This document shows positions 29,024-39,691 of a stretch of DNA of 58,642 bases, piece by piece; the stretch's first letter is position 1, and each line of letters starts with the position of its first letter. The position numbers were made by a program, and so were the translations under genes. Source of the stretch: a virus (Duplodnaviria > Caudoviricetes); IMG/VR virus record IMGVR_UViG_3300027780_000015, positions 1 through 58,642 of that record; one strand, written 5' to 3'. Under the pieces are notes generated by a model. It was not told where the DNA came from and did not search any database. It saw only the letters and a program-made list of their open reading frames with translations.

Positions 29024-30508
29024 TTAGATTCCTTTGAATAATACAAAGTTGTTAGCAGCTTGAGTTACTAAACATCTTTCAGATAGGAAGTTTACTTCCA
29101 TAGCATCAAGAGTAGAATTCATTGCTCCACCAGCAGAACCAGTTAACCAAGATTTCATTCTTCTATCATCAGCTTGAGACGCTCTATATCTTACGTGTAA
29201 GAAAGGTCTTCTGATGTTAGTTCCTAAAATTTGATCATAAACTGTAGATGTTCCAGCAGGAACTAATACACCTTCAATTGAATTGATACCTACGATTCCA
29301 CCTCTTGTAGAAGCATCATTTAAGTATTTCCAATCTGTTTTGTAAAAGTCATAAGAACCTCTTCTGAAACCACTAAAACCTAAGTTTAAAGCCATTTCTT
29401 CAGAATTTTCGAATAAACCGAAAGCAGTTCCTCCAGCAAATCCACCAGAGATAGAAGCTAACATATCGTCAAAATCAAGAGATGTTTGTCTCTGTAAGAA
29501 TAACATGTTTTCTTCAATAGCTCCTTGAGTGTCAAGATTTTTAAGTATTGCATCAAACTCATCAAGTCCAGCAGCAGCAGTAAATCCTACTTCTACATTT
29601 CCACGAGATTGAATAGCAGCAAATAAACCTTCAGTACCTGGTAAAACTAAGTTACCAACACCTGCACCTGCAGCGATTTGATTAAATTCACCTTCTATCA
29701 TTGCCATTTCTAAGTAATCTTCGAAACGTAGTCTAGTTTCAGACTCAGCTTTTAGATACCATAGGAATCCAGAAGCACCATCTTCAGTAGCAACTTCAAC
29801 CCAACCAATTTGAGCCATATCAGATCCACTAATAGTGTATTGATCTCTAATGATTATTGGTGAATTAGAAAATTGAGTTAACTGAGGTGTGATAGAGTTT
29901 CTTGGAGCAGTTCCAGCGGCAACATTACCACCTGGTACTAAGTTTGTTCCTTTAGCATAAGCAGAACCATACACAAACACTTTAACGTTTGATGCACCAG
30001 CAGCTACAACAGCAGGTACAAGTGACCCACCACCAGCAGCGACAAGTCCAGCACCAGCTACAAAAGGAACTACAGTAAAGGTACCACCAGCTCCTGGAGC
30101 TGAAGCAGTTACAATACATTTTCTTTCTGCACCTGTGTTTCCGTTCATTAATACTACAGTATCATTGATTGAAATCACATTAGTAACATTTGCGCCTACA
30201 GTTATAACATTCGCACCAGCAGCATTCGCTCCGATACCAACGCTAGCGTAACTGACGTGTAATCTATTTTGTTCAGACCAAATTACTTGATCAGAAGTCA
30301 TTGGCATTTCAGCGCCAACCATTTTTAAGAATCCAGATAGAGTACGGTTTCCGTATCTTTCTACTTCTTGTTCGTAAATTTCAGGTAAAAACTGCTGAGC
30401 AAAATCATTTACTGGAGCAGCGCCTGTATTAAATTGTAGGTAGTTACTAGGCAGAAGTTGTTGAGCCTGCGAAGGTATTAAACTACCAAATTGTGGAGTT
30501 AAAGCCAT
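29024..30508 (-). CDS. major capsid protein
   Basis: Follows portal and scaffold, followed by a terminator. VERYGNRT, WSEQNRLH, WYLKAESETRLRFEDYLE, LNLGFSGFRRGSYDFYK. Contains an Ala/Gly/Val-rich insertion domain. Confidence 0.85.
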   Translation of the reverse strand: MALTPQFGSLIPSQAQQLLPSNYLQFNTGAAPVNDFAQQFLPEIYEQEVERYGNRTLSGFLKMVGAEMPMTSDQVIWSEQNRLHVSYASVGIGANAAGANVITVGANVTNVISINDTVVLMNGNTGAERKCIVTASAPGAGGTFTVVPFVAGAGLVAAGGGSLVPAVVAAGASNVKVFVYGSAYAKGTNLVPGGNVAAGTAPRNSITPQLTQFSNSPIIIRDQYTISGSDMAQIGWVEVATEDGASGFLWYLKAESETRLRFEDYLEMAMIEGEFNQIAAGAGVGNLVLPGTEGLFAAIQSRGNVEVGFTAAAGLDEFDAILKNLDTQGAIEENMLFLQRQTSLDFDDMLASISGGFAGGTAFGLFENSEEMALNLGFSGFRRGSYDFYKTDWKYLNDASTRGGIVGINSIEGVLVPAGTSTVYDQILGTNIRRPFLHVRYRASQADDRRMKSWLTGSAGGAMNSTLDAMEVNFLSERCLVTQAANNFVLFKGI

Positions 30509-30525
30509 TTTTTTAGTTTTTTAAA

Positions 30526-31746
30526 TTAGTTAAATTTTCTTTTTTGAATTTTTAATTTTGTTGAATCAAATCCACTAATTGCTTTTACTTTAAAACCACC
30601 AACAGTAATATCGCCTGAACTTCCTGTTCTAGCTTTAGTATCGGTTAAATTTTTAGATTTACTAATGACGTCTTTAACGGCATCAGCCTTTCCTTGTTCG
30701 TAAAAGTGACTAGCAATTTTGTCAACATTTTCAGCAGCGTACATGGCTTTGTGATAACCAGAAGTATCCACTACGTCTCCATCTTCGTTTAAGAACTTCT
30801 TAACTAAGTTATTGAGATTCGATTGATTTTCTGCTACTTTTTCACGATTTTGAATATTGTACTTAAAACTCTTTTCTCCTACTGAGATATCAAAACCTTT
30901 GAAATCTTCGTTAAATAGTTCTTGAGTGTCATGTTTAAACTTTTCGTGTTGTTCAGTAGCCACATCTTGTTGCTTGTTGTAGCGATTAAAAAAGTCTGTA
31001 GCTTTTTGTTGGTCTTGAGTTATTCCGGGTCTCAACTTGATTTCCTCGTAATATTTTGCCTTAGTTTCCTCTAAAAAGTTTTTAGCTTTTGCAATCTCTT
31101 CTTTTTTAGCGAGTTTCTTTTTTCGGACTTCACGCTCTTCGTCCATGTCTTCATCATAGTGGAAATTATCCTCCATAACAAATCCAATTTCTTCCTCGTT
31201 TAAATGAGGTTTTGATTTTTTATAATACTCTTTTAATAAAGTATTGTCGTCAACGCTTGAATAATCAGCGTTAAGTCTTGTATAATCTTCAATGGTTCCA
31301 CCAGTTTCTTCCATAAAAGTAACTAGTTTTTCAATATTTTCAGGTAATGCTTTACCTAGTATTTTTTCATCACGTATAGCTTCTTTTACTTCTTTAGTAA
31401 CTTGCTTTACTTCTTGTTTTTCAACTTCGGTGATCGCAGAAAACCTTTCAACATCCTTGTTGGACTCTTGTATAGGTTCTCCCACCTCTGCGCTATTTCC
31501 GGATGGTTTTTCCACAGGTACTTCCTTTGTTTCTCCGATTTGAATGGCATCTTCTTCTTTTTTTAATACATCGTTAGGTATTGTAACCTTTGTTACATCA
31601 GGTGGTAATTCTATTAAAGGTTCTTTAATGTTAACCTTTACAATTTCTTTATCTACCGATCCTAGATTTTTTGGTGTTTTCTTTTTAGACTTTATTTTAA
31701 AGTCTCCTTCCTGTTTAACAGGTTCATTTGTTTTTACTTCTGACAT
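30526..31746 (-). CDS. capsid scaffolding protein
   Basis: Acidic/charged coiled-coil ORF between portal and capsid; HFYEQGKADA C-terminal motif. Confidence 0.7.
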   Translation of the reverse strand: MSEVKTNEPVKQEGDFKIKSKKKTPKNLGSVDKEIVKVNIKEPLIELPPDVTKVTIPNDVLKKEEDAIQIGETKEVPVEKPSGNSAEVGEPIQESNKDVERFSAITEVEKQEVKQVTKEVKEAIRDEKILGKALPENIEKLVTFMEETGGTIEDYTRLNADYSSVDDNTLLKEYYKKSKPHLNEEEIGFVMEDNFHYDEDMDEEREVRKKKLAKKEEIAKAKNFLEETKAKYYEEIKLRPGITQDQQKATDFFNRYNKQQDVATEQHEKFKHDTQELFNEDFKGFDISVGEKSFKYNIQNREKVAENQSNLNNLVKKFLNEDGDVVDTSGYHKAMYAAENVDKIASHFYEQGKADAVKDVISKSKNLTDTKARTGSSGDITVGGFKVKAISGFDSTKLKIQKRKFN

Positions 31747-31773
31747 AATATAATATGATTAAATAATTAAAAA

Positions 31774-34161
31774 TTAAATAGTTGGCATTATTTCAGCCAC
31801 ATCTTGTTGTTCGAAATTTATAGGTGATAAATCATTTTTTCTTTGATCTATCATTTGGCTTTGTTGAGTACCTTCCATTTTTATACGAGTATCTTTACGA
31901 TCTTCTATCATCTGTTCTTTTTGACCAACGGATTCCATGTCCATTTGCTTTAGTTGCATATCAAATTGATGCTGTGTTTGCATTTTTTGCATTTCTAATT
32001 GAGCAGCTAGTTCCATACGTTGTATTTCCATCTGATTGCTAGCTTGTTCAAATTGAACTTTAGAGCCAGAAATAGCTTCTTGTTTTTGTACTTCTGACAT
32101 TGCTATTTTTTCAGCAGAATCTGCTTGAGCCTCAGCTTGAGCTCTAATGTTAGATTGTTGGTTCTCTTGATCTTGTTTAGCTTTAGCTTTACGCTTAATC
32201 TTAAGCATTTGATTAGCTAATTTAAGGTTTTTAATTTGTCTTAAATCTATAGCATCTTCTAGATCTATACCACCTGACTGTAGGGCTACTTGAATATTTT
32301 GTTCTAATTGAGCTTGTTGCTCTTCGTCTGGTTCTAGTTCTAAGAATATACCAAAGTCATGAAGATTTAAACTACTAACTTCTACTAATGTATTAACATT
32401 ATAATTAGATATAGAATTAGTTAAAGCCTCAGCAGTTAACGGAAATTCTAGTGCATCAGCAATTTTTAATGCAATATTTTCTGCAATTCTAAGAGTTAAA
32501 AATAAACTAGCTTGCTTTATATGTCTAGTTGCTACGTTAGAAGCATTAGCTGCCATCTTTTGTAATCCTACTAATGTTTGTTTATCTGGAGTGCTTCCAT
32601 CTCTAGCTTCATTAAGTCCTGTTACGTCTCTTATCATTTGTAAATAATACTGATAAGTTTGTATTAAACTTTGTATTTTTCCTTGTCCACTAGAACTATT
32701 AAGTTCTTGTATAGGAACTTTGCCAGCATTCATTTCACCGTCTTGAGTAAGTGATCTACCTACTATAGAACCAGTTTGAAAATACATATTTAAAGCTTCT
32801 GCAGCATTGTAATTTGTTCCATTACCTAAGTCAACTTCGGCTAAACCATCCATGTCTAAATAAACACCATCTGGTACCATTCTAGACATTACTTGTTGAA
32901 GCTTTAAATGAGTTAATTGAATCATATCAGCAAACCCAATACATTTACTTACTAAAGATTCTATTCTACCTTTGTAAATTCTTGGTGCGCATATAGCGTA
33001 ATTCATTTCTACTTTTGTAGTATCAGCTAATGGTCTTGACATGTTCTCAGCCATTTCCCATTTAAGCATTGTATTTGTTCCTAGTACTTTTGCTCCATTA
33101 TATAAAACCTCAATAGATCTTGATACTCTTTCAAACCCATCGTTTTCTGGTGGATTAAATTCATCGTTTTTTTCTAATGCTTTTTGTAATCCTTGTGGAG
33201 TCTTTTTTATTTTAAACACTTGATTGTGATAAGTCTTATAATCAAAATATAAAACCTGAACAGTGTTCTCATCATAATTTCCCCAGCCCGTTACGTACTG
33301 TCTATTTCCAGGCATTTTTTGAATAATTTCTAACTCATCTTTGCTAATACTTGGAAACTCTTTTTTAAGTTCCGGTATAGTTATAGATTTAACCTCACCA
33401 ACATAATATACGTCTTCAAAATTAGGATCTTCAGTATACGAATAAACCATATAAGCTGGGTCTACATAATCAACTTTAACGCCTTCAGCAGTATTGAAGC
33501 TTGTTTTTGTAGCAGCAATACCACAGACAGTTAAATCCATGTTTAATCTACGTCTAATCAAATCATATTTGTTTTGAGCTAAAACAGATGATATAGCTTC
33601 TTCTTCTGCTATTTCAATACTTTGCTTGTATGATAATTGCATATGAAGTTCTAGTTCTTCTTCTGACTCTGGAATAGCGCTTGGATCTAGACTTTGATAT
33701 AAATCAATACCTAAAGAATTTTTTAATTCTTTTAAATAGTCTTTAGCCATCATGTCTTCATATATACGAGAAGCGTAATCAGTTCTTTTCTTTACAGAGC
33801 TTGGATCTTGAGCGTAAGCTTTTATATCATAACTTTTTTGAGATATACCATTAACTACTATATCTACAAATTTAGATAAAATAGGAACTGGTTGCCAGTC
33901 TAAATTAAGATAAGACAAATCACCATTAATAGATAATTCATCTTTATATTTTTGAGGCGACTGTTCACCGCGAGCGTATAGTCTTAAATTATGAAAGTTA
34001 TTCCAGTTAGTTAAATACCTATTACCGTTAGTTCTACCTTGGTCAAACCACTCATATTCAATTGCCATAGCAACTTGACTACCGTACTCTTCACTTGCTT
34101 TTTCTGCATCACTAACCACTTGACTAGGGAAGGCGCTATTGCTATTAGTATATATATTCAT
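31774..34161 (-). CDS. portal protein
   Basis: 795 aa between terL and scaffold; PVPILSKFVDIVVNG, IRDVTGLNEARDG, Q-rich C-terminal coiled-coil barrel. Confidence 0.85.
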   Translation of the reverse strand: MNIYTNSNSAFPSQVVSDAEKASEEYGSQVAMAIEYEWFDQGRTNGNRYLTNWNNFHNLRLYARGEQSPQKYKDELSINGDLSYLNLDWQPVPILSKFVDIVVNGISQKSYDIKAYAQDPSSVKKRTDYASRIYEDMMAKDYLKELKNSLGIDLYQSLDPSAIPESEEELELHMQLSYKQSIEIAEEEAISSVLAQNKYDLIRRRLNMDLTVCGIAATKTSFNTAEGVKVDYVDPAYMVYSYTEDPNFEDVYYVGEVKSITIPELKKEFPSISKDELEIIQKMPGNRQYVTGWGNYDENTVQVLYFDYKTYHNQVFKIKKTPQGLQKALEKNDEFNPPENDGFERVSRSIEVLYNGAKVLGTNTMLKWEMAENMSRPLADTTKVEMNYAICAPRIYKGRIESLVSKCIGFADMIQLTHLKLQQVMSRMVPDGVYLDMDGLAEVDLGNGTNYNAAEALNMYFQTGSIVGRSLTQDGEMNAGKVPIQELNSSSGQGKIQSLIQTYQYYLQMIRDVTGLNEARDGSTPDKQTLVGLQKMAANASNVATRHIKQASLFLTLRIAENIALKIADALEFPLTAEALTNSISNYNVNTLVEVSSLNLHDFGIFLELEPDEEQQAQLEQNIQVALQSGGIDLEDAIDLRQIKNLKLANQMLKIKRKAKAKQDQENQQSNIRAQAEAQADSAEKIAMSEVQKQEAISGSKVQFEQASNQMEIQRMELAAQLEMQKMQTQHQFDMQLKQMDMESVGQKEQMIEDRKDTRIKMEGTQQSQMIDQRKNDLSPINFEQQDVAEIMPTI

Positions 34162-36372
34162 TTAACTTATAATTTTTGATGTAGTTCCTTTATTATCGTA
34201 TTTTTTAATACCTAGTTCAACTGGTTTTATTTGGATTTTAGCTGATGGTGCATATCTATGTTTGTTACAAGCCATTAAAGCTAACCCTGAGCTTATAGAA
34301 GCATCGTGAGAAGTTCTATTGTTTATATTAAATTGAGCCCAATCTTCAAGAGTTCTTTGGAAATACATATCTCCATAACCCGTTTCTTTTATTCCAACAA
34401 AATGCTCTATGTAAGATTCTATAGCAGAAGCGTGCGCTTGCTTAATGTCTTCACTAGAATTTGGCATTCCTCCTATTTCTCTTTCTGTTATAGATAATTT
34501 ATTGTGTTTCTTGTCTGGTCTATTCATAGAATATGATCTATATCCTCTTCTTTTAAAATGATATAATAATCTAGGTTTGTTATTTTCTGCTAGTATTGGC
34601 ATGCCATAAAATATACAAGCCATTAATACATCTTCAAAAAATATTTCAGCAGTTTGTGGTCTAGCAATATATTCTAAAAAGAAATGATTAGGTGGAACAT
34701 CTTCCATGCTAAATTTAGTTAAACCACTTAAAGCTCCGTTAGAACCTCTTCCGTCTACTGTTCCTGATATATCATATGGATCACATCCAAAAGCACCACA
34801 GTGTTCATTGCCTGGATATATTCTACCGTTTTTCTTTATAGTCCTGTTTTGTAATTGTATTGGTGGAACCCATGATATTAAAAACCTACCATTATTATTA
34901 GGTGAGAATATAACTTTAGTATCTTTAATTCCGTTTTCCCAAGAAAAACTACCTTTAGTAATTTGTAATGAATTTTTTAAATCCTCATTATAATCTATTT
35001 GTTGATAAATCTTAGTTAGATTAAATAAAGACTCTTTTGATTCATCTCTAAAAGCGTGTTTTGTTGTACGTGGAAACTGTCTATAAAATTCATTTAACCC
35101 ATCTTGATCTTCTTTAAGACCTTCTACTTCATTATTCCAGTATTCAATAACCCCAAGCTTGATTGGAGTTCCATGAGGTCCAAACACTTTTTCTTGTGGG
35201 GTGTCGAATACAGGATAGCCATAAGAGTCAATGTATCCTTCGTAATTCCACTCCATAGGAATGAACAAAGAATAGAGTCCTGAACGCGTTTGTCCATTTG
35301 CGTTTCTTTTGTTAACATTTGAGTCGTCATATAGTTTTTTGAAGTTTCTACCACCTTTATCTAAAGCGTTTGATGTTGATCCCATCATGCATTTACCAAT
35401 AATTCTTGATCCTAATCTAAGAGTAGTTTTTGTAACTCGCCAATTATTTAAAATATTATTTGGTCTTTCCCATTTTCCTGACTCATCGTGTACAAGAAGT
35501 TTAAGCTTCTCTCCATCGTAAGCATTGTCACCTGTATTTTTCCAATCTATAGTTGTATCTAATCCTTCTAAATCTTCTGGTTTATCAGTAGAAACAATAC
35601 TTCTTCTAGTAAATTTACTTGCTGGAACTCTATAAGCTAATTCTGTTTTTGGTCGATCCATACCATCTTGTATGGGTTTAAAAAAGAAAGGATAATTAAC
35701 AGATATTGGTACTACCTTGTCTGTAAACATTTTCTTAGCATCAGCACCTGACTTAGATAATATACCAAATCTAGCATCTGTTGATATCGTGGCCATATTA
35801 ACGCATTCACCTGATGCCATAAAGGAAAATCCTGAACGTCTGTTTTTAAGGTATGACATACCGTAACATCTATAATCCGCTCGGCAAGCTTCCCAAAATA
35901 TAAAAAATAATCTATTTGATTCTCTAAAATCTGGTTGACCTACATCAATTTTTGACCATTGTAAATACATGTAATGAGTGCCAGTAATGTAAGTAGGAAT
36001 ATCTTTATTGATATACCAGAAACCTTCTTCACGGCGTTTAAACTCGTTATCAATGTAGTCGTAATATTTTTCTTTAAATTCTTCTGGATAATCTCTCCAG
36101 TCGAATACAGTTTTAATTCTTTTTAATTCTTTAGGATAGTCAAATGGTGTCCATCTATTTTCTTTGAACTCATGGATTTCTTCAGCTTTAGGTAAAGCTA
36201 TTATTAGGTTTTGTATTTCGTATATATCTCCTATTTGTCCATTCTTAGATATAACAACCATATTGTGATCTTCGTTATATCCATACTCCCATTTTTTATA
36301 CCTATTCATTCGTTTAAAAATCTTAGGTTTAACGTGATCGGGTAATATTTTATATAGTGTTTGACTGTACAT
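34162..36372 (-). CDS. terL: terminase large subunit
   Basis: LKNRRSGFS (Walker A), LVHDESGKW (Walker B), GSTSN, GCDPYD nuclease motif, AENNKP, HDASISSG. Confidence 0.9.
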   Translation of the reverse strand: MYSQTLYKILPDHVKPKIFKRMNRYKKWEYGYNEDHNMVVISKNGQIGDIYEIQNLIIALPKAEEIHEFKENRWTPFDYPKELKRIKTVFDWRDYPEEFKEKYYDYIDNEFKRREEGFWYINKDIPTYITGTHYMYLQWSKIDVGQPDFRESNRLFFIFWEACRADYRCYGMSYLKNRRSGFSFMASGECVNMATISTDARFGILSKSGADAKKMFTDKVVPISVNYPFFFKPIQDGMDRPKTELAYRVPASKFTRRSIVSTDKPEDLEGLDTTIDWKNTGDNAYDGEKLKLLVHDESGKWERPNNILNNWRVTKTTLRLGSRIIGKCMMGSTSNALDKGGRNFKKLYDDSNVNKRNANGQTRSGLYSLFIPMEWNYEGYIDSYGYPVFDTPQEKVFGPHGTPIKLGVIEYWNNEVEGLKEDQDGLNEFYRQFPRTTKHAFRDESKESLFNLTKIYQQIDYNEDLKNSLQITKGSFSWENGIKDTKVIFSPNNNGRFLISWVPPIQLQNRTIKKNGRIYPGNEHCGAFGCDPYDISGTVDGRGSNGALSGLTKFSMEDVPPNHFFLEYIARPQTAEIFFEDVLMACIFYGMPILAENNKPRLLYHFKRRGYRSYSMNRPDKKHNKLSITEREIGGMPNSSEDIKQAHASAIESYIEHFVGIKETGYGDMYFQRTLEDWAQFNINNRTSHDASISSGLALMACNKHRYAPSAKIQIKPVELGIKKYDNKGTTSKIIS

Positions 36373-36647
36373 TATTTAGATCTTCCTTCAGCAAAACCAC
36401 GAAACGTAGTTTCTTTTTTAACTTCTTTAGGTTTTTCATCTAACATATTTTGTTCTTCTATAATACGATTATGTATTTCAAAAGCATCAAATATGCATAG
36501 TTTTTTTGTAGCTGCAGCGTTTTTAAGTCTGTCAGCTGATATATCTTCGCTTGAATCTATAATAGCTTCTTTAGCAACTTTAATAAGTTCCTCAACTGCT
36601 ATGTGCCCAGCTCGGATTATATTCAACTTCGTTTCCTTCGTGTTCAT
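36372..36647 (-). CDS. putative terminase small subunit
   Basis: Small helical protein coupled directly upstream of terL. Confidence 0.5.
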   Translation of the reverse strand: MNTKETKLNIIRAGHIAVEELIKVAKEAIIDSSEDISADRLKNAAATKKLCIFDAFEIHNRIIEEQNMLDEKPKEVKKETTFRGFAEGRSK

Positions 36648-37197
36648 ACTTTATAACAATATCATTAGATTTCATACAATAAAGACGTTGACCGTCTATT
36701 AAAAAATCCCATTCACCATTAGGTGTATAACCTACAAGATCTCCAGGACTTATTTTAAGCGCTTCTAATGAACTATTACCTATTTTTAATATACCAATAA
36801 GTTTTTTTTCTTTATCAAGCGTTAAATCATTATCATTTTTAAGTGGCATTACAAAACATCTGTCTCCAAATGACTTCCACTGTTTGTCTCTTTTATATAA
36901 GTAGACTTGATCTATAGCTAGAAAATACAAGTTATCTTTAAAATGAGATCTACTTTTTTTTCTAACACCTTTCATATCATAAAACGTTCTAAACACATTA
37001 TGATGTATAACTACTATATCTCCTTTTTTAATTGGAGTTTTAAAAGCTTTTGGTGTTTCAATAATAACAGCTAAGTTATTAACTGATTTATAACTTTCTA
37101 TTCTAGTATTAATTATCAAAGATTTCTCTCCAACTTTAACTTCATTATCATACTCTTCACCTAGTGGTTGTATGATGAAATCAAACAAACTTTTCAT
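36592..37197 (-). CDS. tandem GroES-like co-chaperonin-fold protein
   Basis: Two GroES-like repeats (IIQP...IKKGDIVVIHH; GDRCFVMP...ISPGDLVGY...IDGQRLYCMKSNDI). Confidence 0.55.
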   Translation of the reverse strand: MKSLFDFIIQPLGEEYDNEVKVGEKSLIINTRIESYKSVNNLAVIIETPKAFKTPIKKGDIVVIHHNVFRTFYDMKGVRKKSRSHFKDNLYFLAIDQVYLYKRDKQWKSFGDRCFVMPLKNDNDLTLDKEKKLIGILKIGNSSLEALKISPGDLVGYTPNGEWDFLIDGQRLYCMKSNDIVIKYEHEGNEVEYNPSWAHSS

Positions 37198-37424
37198 TAA
37201 TACTCTAAATCATACTCAACGGATATTGCCATGTTAGAATTAAATTTCTTCCACGGTAGTATCTCGTTATTTTTTTTGATAAATATATTATAAGACTTGT
37301 CAGACTCTTCATATAAAATATGAGAAATTTCATGACCTCCATATACTTGCTGACCATTAGAATAATGCATTGCATCAGACTTATAGTCAGCTCCTATACT
37401 AATCTTTCTAATATTATTTGTCAT
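37197..37424 (-). CDS. hypothetical protein
   Basis: ORF IRKISIGADYKSDAMHY...; coupled to neighbours. Confidence 0.65.
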   Translation of the reverse strand: MTNNIRKISIGADYKSDAMHYSNGQQVYGGHEISHILYEESDKSYNIFIKKNNEILPWKKFNSNMAISVEYDLEY

Positions 37425-37677
37425 CGTTTTTTTCAACTTCAGTATAACTGCCGTCTGAAAGATCTATGTTTACTTGACCGTACTCTTCTTCAAGTTCTTT
37501 TTTAGTTGCTTCAATTTCTAAAGAAACTTCTTTAACTATTGATGCTTCATTTTGTTTTTGAATTTCAAAGATACCAATTTTTCTTAGAGACTCGTTTAAT
37601 TTTAATTGTTGAGCATTAACAGTTTTTAACTGTTCTTCAGTAATCATTGCTTTAATTTTTTCTTCTGCTTTTTTCAT
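37414..37677 (-). CDS. small coiled-coil protein (possible assembly chaperone)
   Basis: Heptad pattern, LEEEYGQVNIDLSDGSY C-terminus. Confidence 0.6.
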   Translation of the reverse strand: MKKAEEKIKAMITEEQLKTVNAQQLKLNESLRKIGIFEIQKQNEASIVKEVSLEIEATKKELEEEYGQVNIDLSDGSYTEVEKNDDK

Positions 37678-37741
37678 TTAATTTAATTTAATTGTTAATA
37701 TATGTTCTTAGTTATATAGTCACCTATATATTAGTTATTTA

Positions 37742-38581
37742 CTAATTAAGTATTGATTCTCTACCTGCTACTAATAATGTTGCTGTAGTACCTGTAGCTG
37801 TAACGTAGTCTACGTAAACCGGCAATACAGTTCCAACTGGAACATTGTTAAACACCACAGCATCACCTGCTACTGGTGAAAAACTTCGTACTGCATCTAC
37901 TGTACAAGTAGCATCGCCTTCACTACCTGCTTGTACTATTGTTATAATATCTCCTACCGCATACCCTTCACCACCTACAGCAATAGCCGCTAATGTTACC
38001 GCTCCGTTAGGCGCTGTAACTAAAGTTATAGAACCATTAATTCCAGCACCGTCTACTATTGTTAATACCTCTCCTGCTGTGTAACCGACTCCTCCGTCTG
38101 TTATTTCAAAGGTTAATATACCTCCAGTGCCATTAACACTTAAAATATTTCCTGCTAGTCCAAAAACGCCAACGGTATCTTGTAATACTGTAAAAGGACC
38201 AACACTATATCCTGTTCCAGCAACTAACGTGTTTGATGTAGGTACTGGAACTGTAATATTTACAGTTAATCCTGACGCAACCTTAGGTCCAATAGAAGTA
38301 GGTACAACGCTAGTGTAAGTAGTTCCTTGAGGATTAGCCGGGGGAACTGCATATCCAGATCCACCATTTGTTAATGTCAGTGAAACTACTCTATTTTGAA
38401 TTCCAACTGTACCAGCTGTTATAACGCTAACGTTTGAAGCTGCAGCAGTACCTCCAACGTATATAAGAGAACCTCTTAAGTTATTACCTAACGAACCTGT
38501 TTGATTCATAAACTCCCAAGCTGGTAGCGTGTTAATTGTGTCATTTGGCGTAATGCTTAGTGATCTACTAAAATTTCCCAT
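37742..38581 (-). CDS. structural protein, head-spike-base-like fold with inserted GxGY beta repeats
   Basis: ITPNDT...LIYVGG...VFNNVPVGTVLPVYVDYVTATGTTAT resembles the RcGTA spike-base (Rcc01079-like) pattern, from memory. Three GGxGY[AST] repeats inserted. Confidence 0.55.
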   Translation of the reverse strand: MGNFSRSLSITPNDTINTLPAWEFMNQTGSLGNNLRGSLIYVGGTAAASNVSVITAGTVGIQNRVVSLTLTNGGSGYAVPPANPQGTTYTSVVPTSIGPKVASGLTVNITVPVPTSNTLVAGTGYSVGPFTVLQDTVGVFGLAGNILSVNGTGGILTFEITDGGVGYTAGEVLTIVDGAGINGSITLVTAPNGAVTLAAIAVGGEGYAVGDIITIVQAGSEGDATCTVDAVRSFSPVAGDAVVFNNVPVGTVLPVYVDYVTATGTTATLLVAGRESILN

Positions 38582-38589
38582 TTTTAAAT

Positions 38590-39045
38590 TTATTTATTAC
38601 TTATTGTTTTATATTTTTCAACTCCACGTGAACCAAAATAGGCTACGTAGACTGTGGTTACTAAAGTTTTTAGTAAACCTATCCATTCTTGTTCTACTGT
38701 AAAAGATATTTCATGATGACTATCAACCCATATAAAAGCTATTGTCATTATAGATAAGAATATCAAACACATTGGTCGCGTGTTTTTAGAAAGCCATGAG
38801 TCGCTTTTCATATCGCTCTCCCAACGTTTAGTTGTTTCTTTCATCTCTGTCATATCTTGCTCTAAAAGTTTAAGAGCTTTTTCTTTATCCTCTGCAGGTA
38901 GCACAGGATCTTTTTGTATTAAATTTTTTACTAAACCAAAAACTCCAGCATCGGGTAATATGTCTCCTGCTAGATCTAAAATACCTGGTGCAGCTTTACT
39001 TAAAAAAGCACCGACTTTAGTTTCATTAAATTTCTTTTTAGCCAT
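38590..39045 (-). CDS. holin (GTA 3TM-holin-like)
   Basis: RWESDMKSDSWLSKNTRPM + TM + YFGSRGVEK motif. Confidence 0.7.
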   Translation of the reverse strand: MAKKKFNETKVGAFLSKAAPGILDLAGDILPDAGVFGLVKNLIQKDPVLPAEDKEKALKLLEQDMTEMKETTKRWESDMKSDSWLSKNTRPMCLIFLSIMTIAFIWVDSHHEISFTVEQEWIGLLKTLVTTVYVAYFGSRGVEKYKTISNK

Positions 39046-39048
39046 TAG

Positions 39049-39690
39049 TTAAAGTGTTTCCCAATTACCTTTAGATTCTGATGTTTTTGTTGTTGTTTTT
39101 TTAAGAGCTTTTCTTTTTTTTGCTTCTGCCGCGGTCTCTATTTTAATACCATTTGTTTTTGCCCAAGCTATTATTGCTCTTTTATAGCCTGCTGGATCAC
39201 CTTTATAAGCATGCATTAACCGCTGTTTGGCATAATCAAAAGTAACAAGTTTTTTCTTAGATCCTTCAAAGTTTCTACCCATCATCCCGTTTTTAGTATT
39301 AGGATTAGGATACGTTTTTACATTTTTTTCAGTGTTTGTATCATAACTTCTTTTTTGTTTAATTTCTTGATCTTTGTATTTATCAGCTTTACCTTCTTCT
39401 ATAGCTATTTCTAAAGCAGCTAATTTTTTTTGATATTCAGGATTATTTTCTCCTCCTTCAAAATCTTCTGGAACTAATTTTTTTTCAACTTCTTTACCTT
39501 TTGTTTTAATAGTTCTTTCAGTGGCGAAATCATCGCCTTTTAAATCTTTAACAGAATTAGTAATTTCTATTTCTTCACTCATATCTTTAAAAGAAGGATC
39601 TGTTTCAAATAAAGGAGAAGAACTTCGCTTTACTTGTTTACTTAAACTATTATTCGTGAGACTATTAATCCCTTTCATTTTGAATCCCAT
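39049..39690 (-). CDS. charged low-complexity protein, MGFKMKG start, SSSPLFE tag
   Basis: Likely start ATG 39690, immediately after the upstream stop. Confidence 0.65.
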   Translation of the reverse strand: MGFKMKGINSLTNNSLSKQVKRSSSPLFETDPSFKDMSEEIEITNSVKDLKGDDFATERTIKTKGKEVEKKLVPEDFEGGENNPEYQKKLAALEIAIEEGKADKYKDQEIKQKRSYDTNTEKNVKTYPNPNTKNGMMGRNFEGSKKKLVTFDYAKQRLMHAYKGDPAGYKRAIIAWAKTNGIKIETAAEAKKRKALKKTTTKTSESKGNWETL

Positions 39691-39691
39691 G

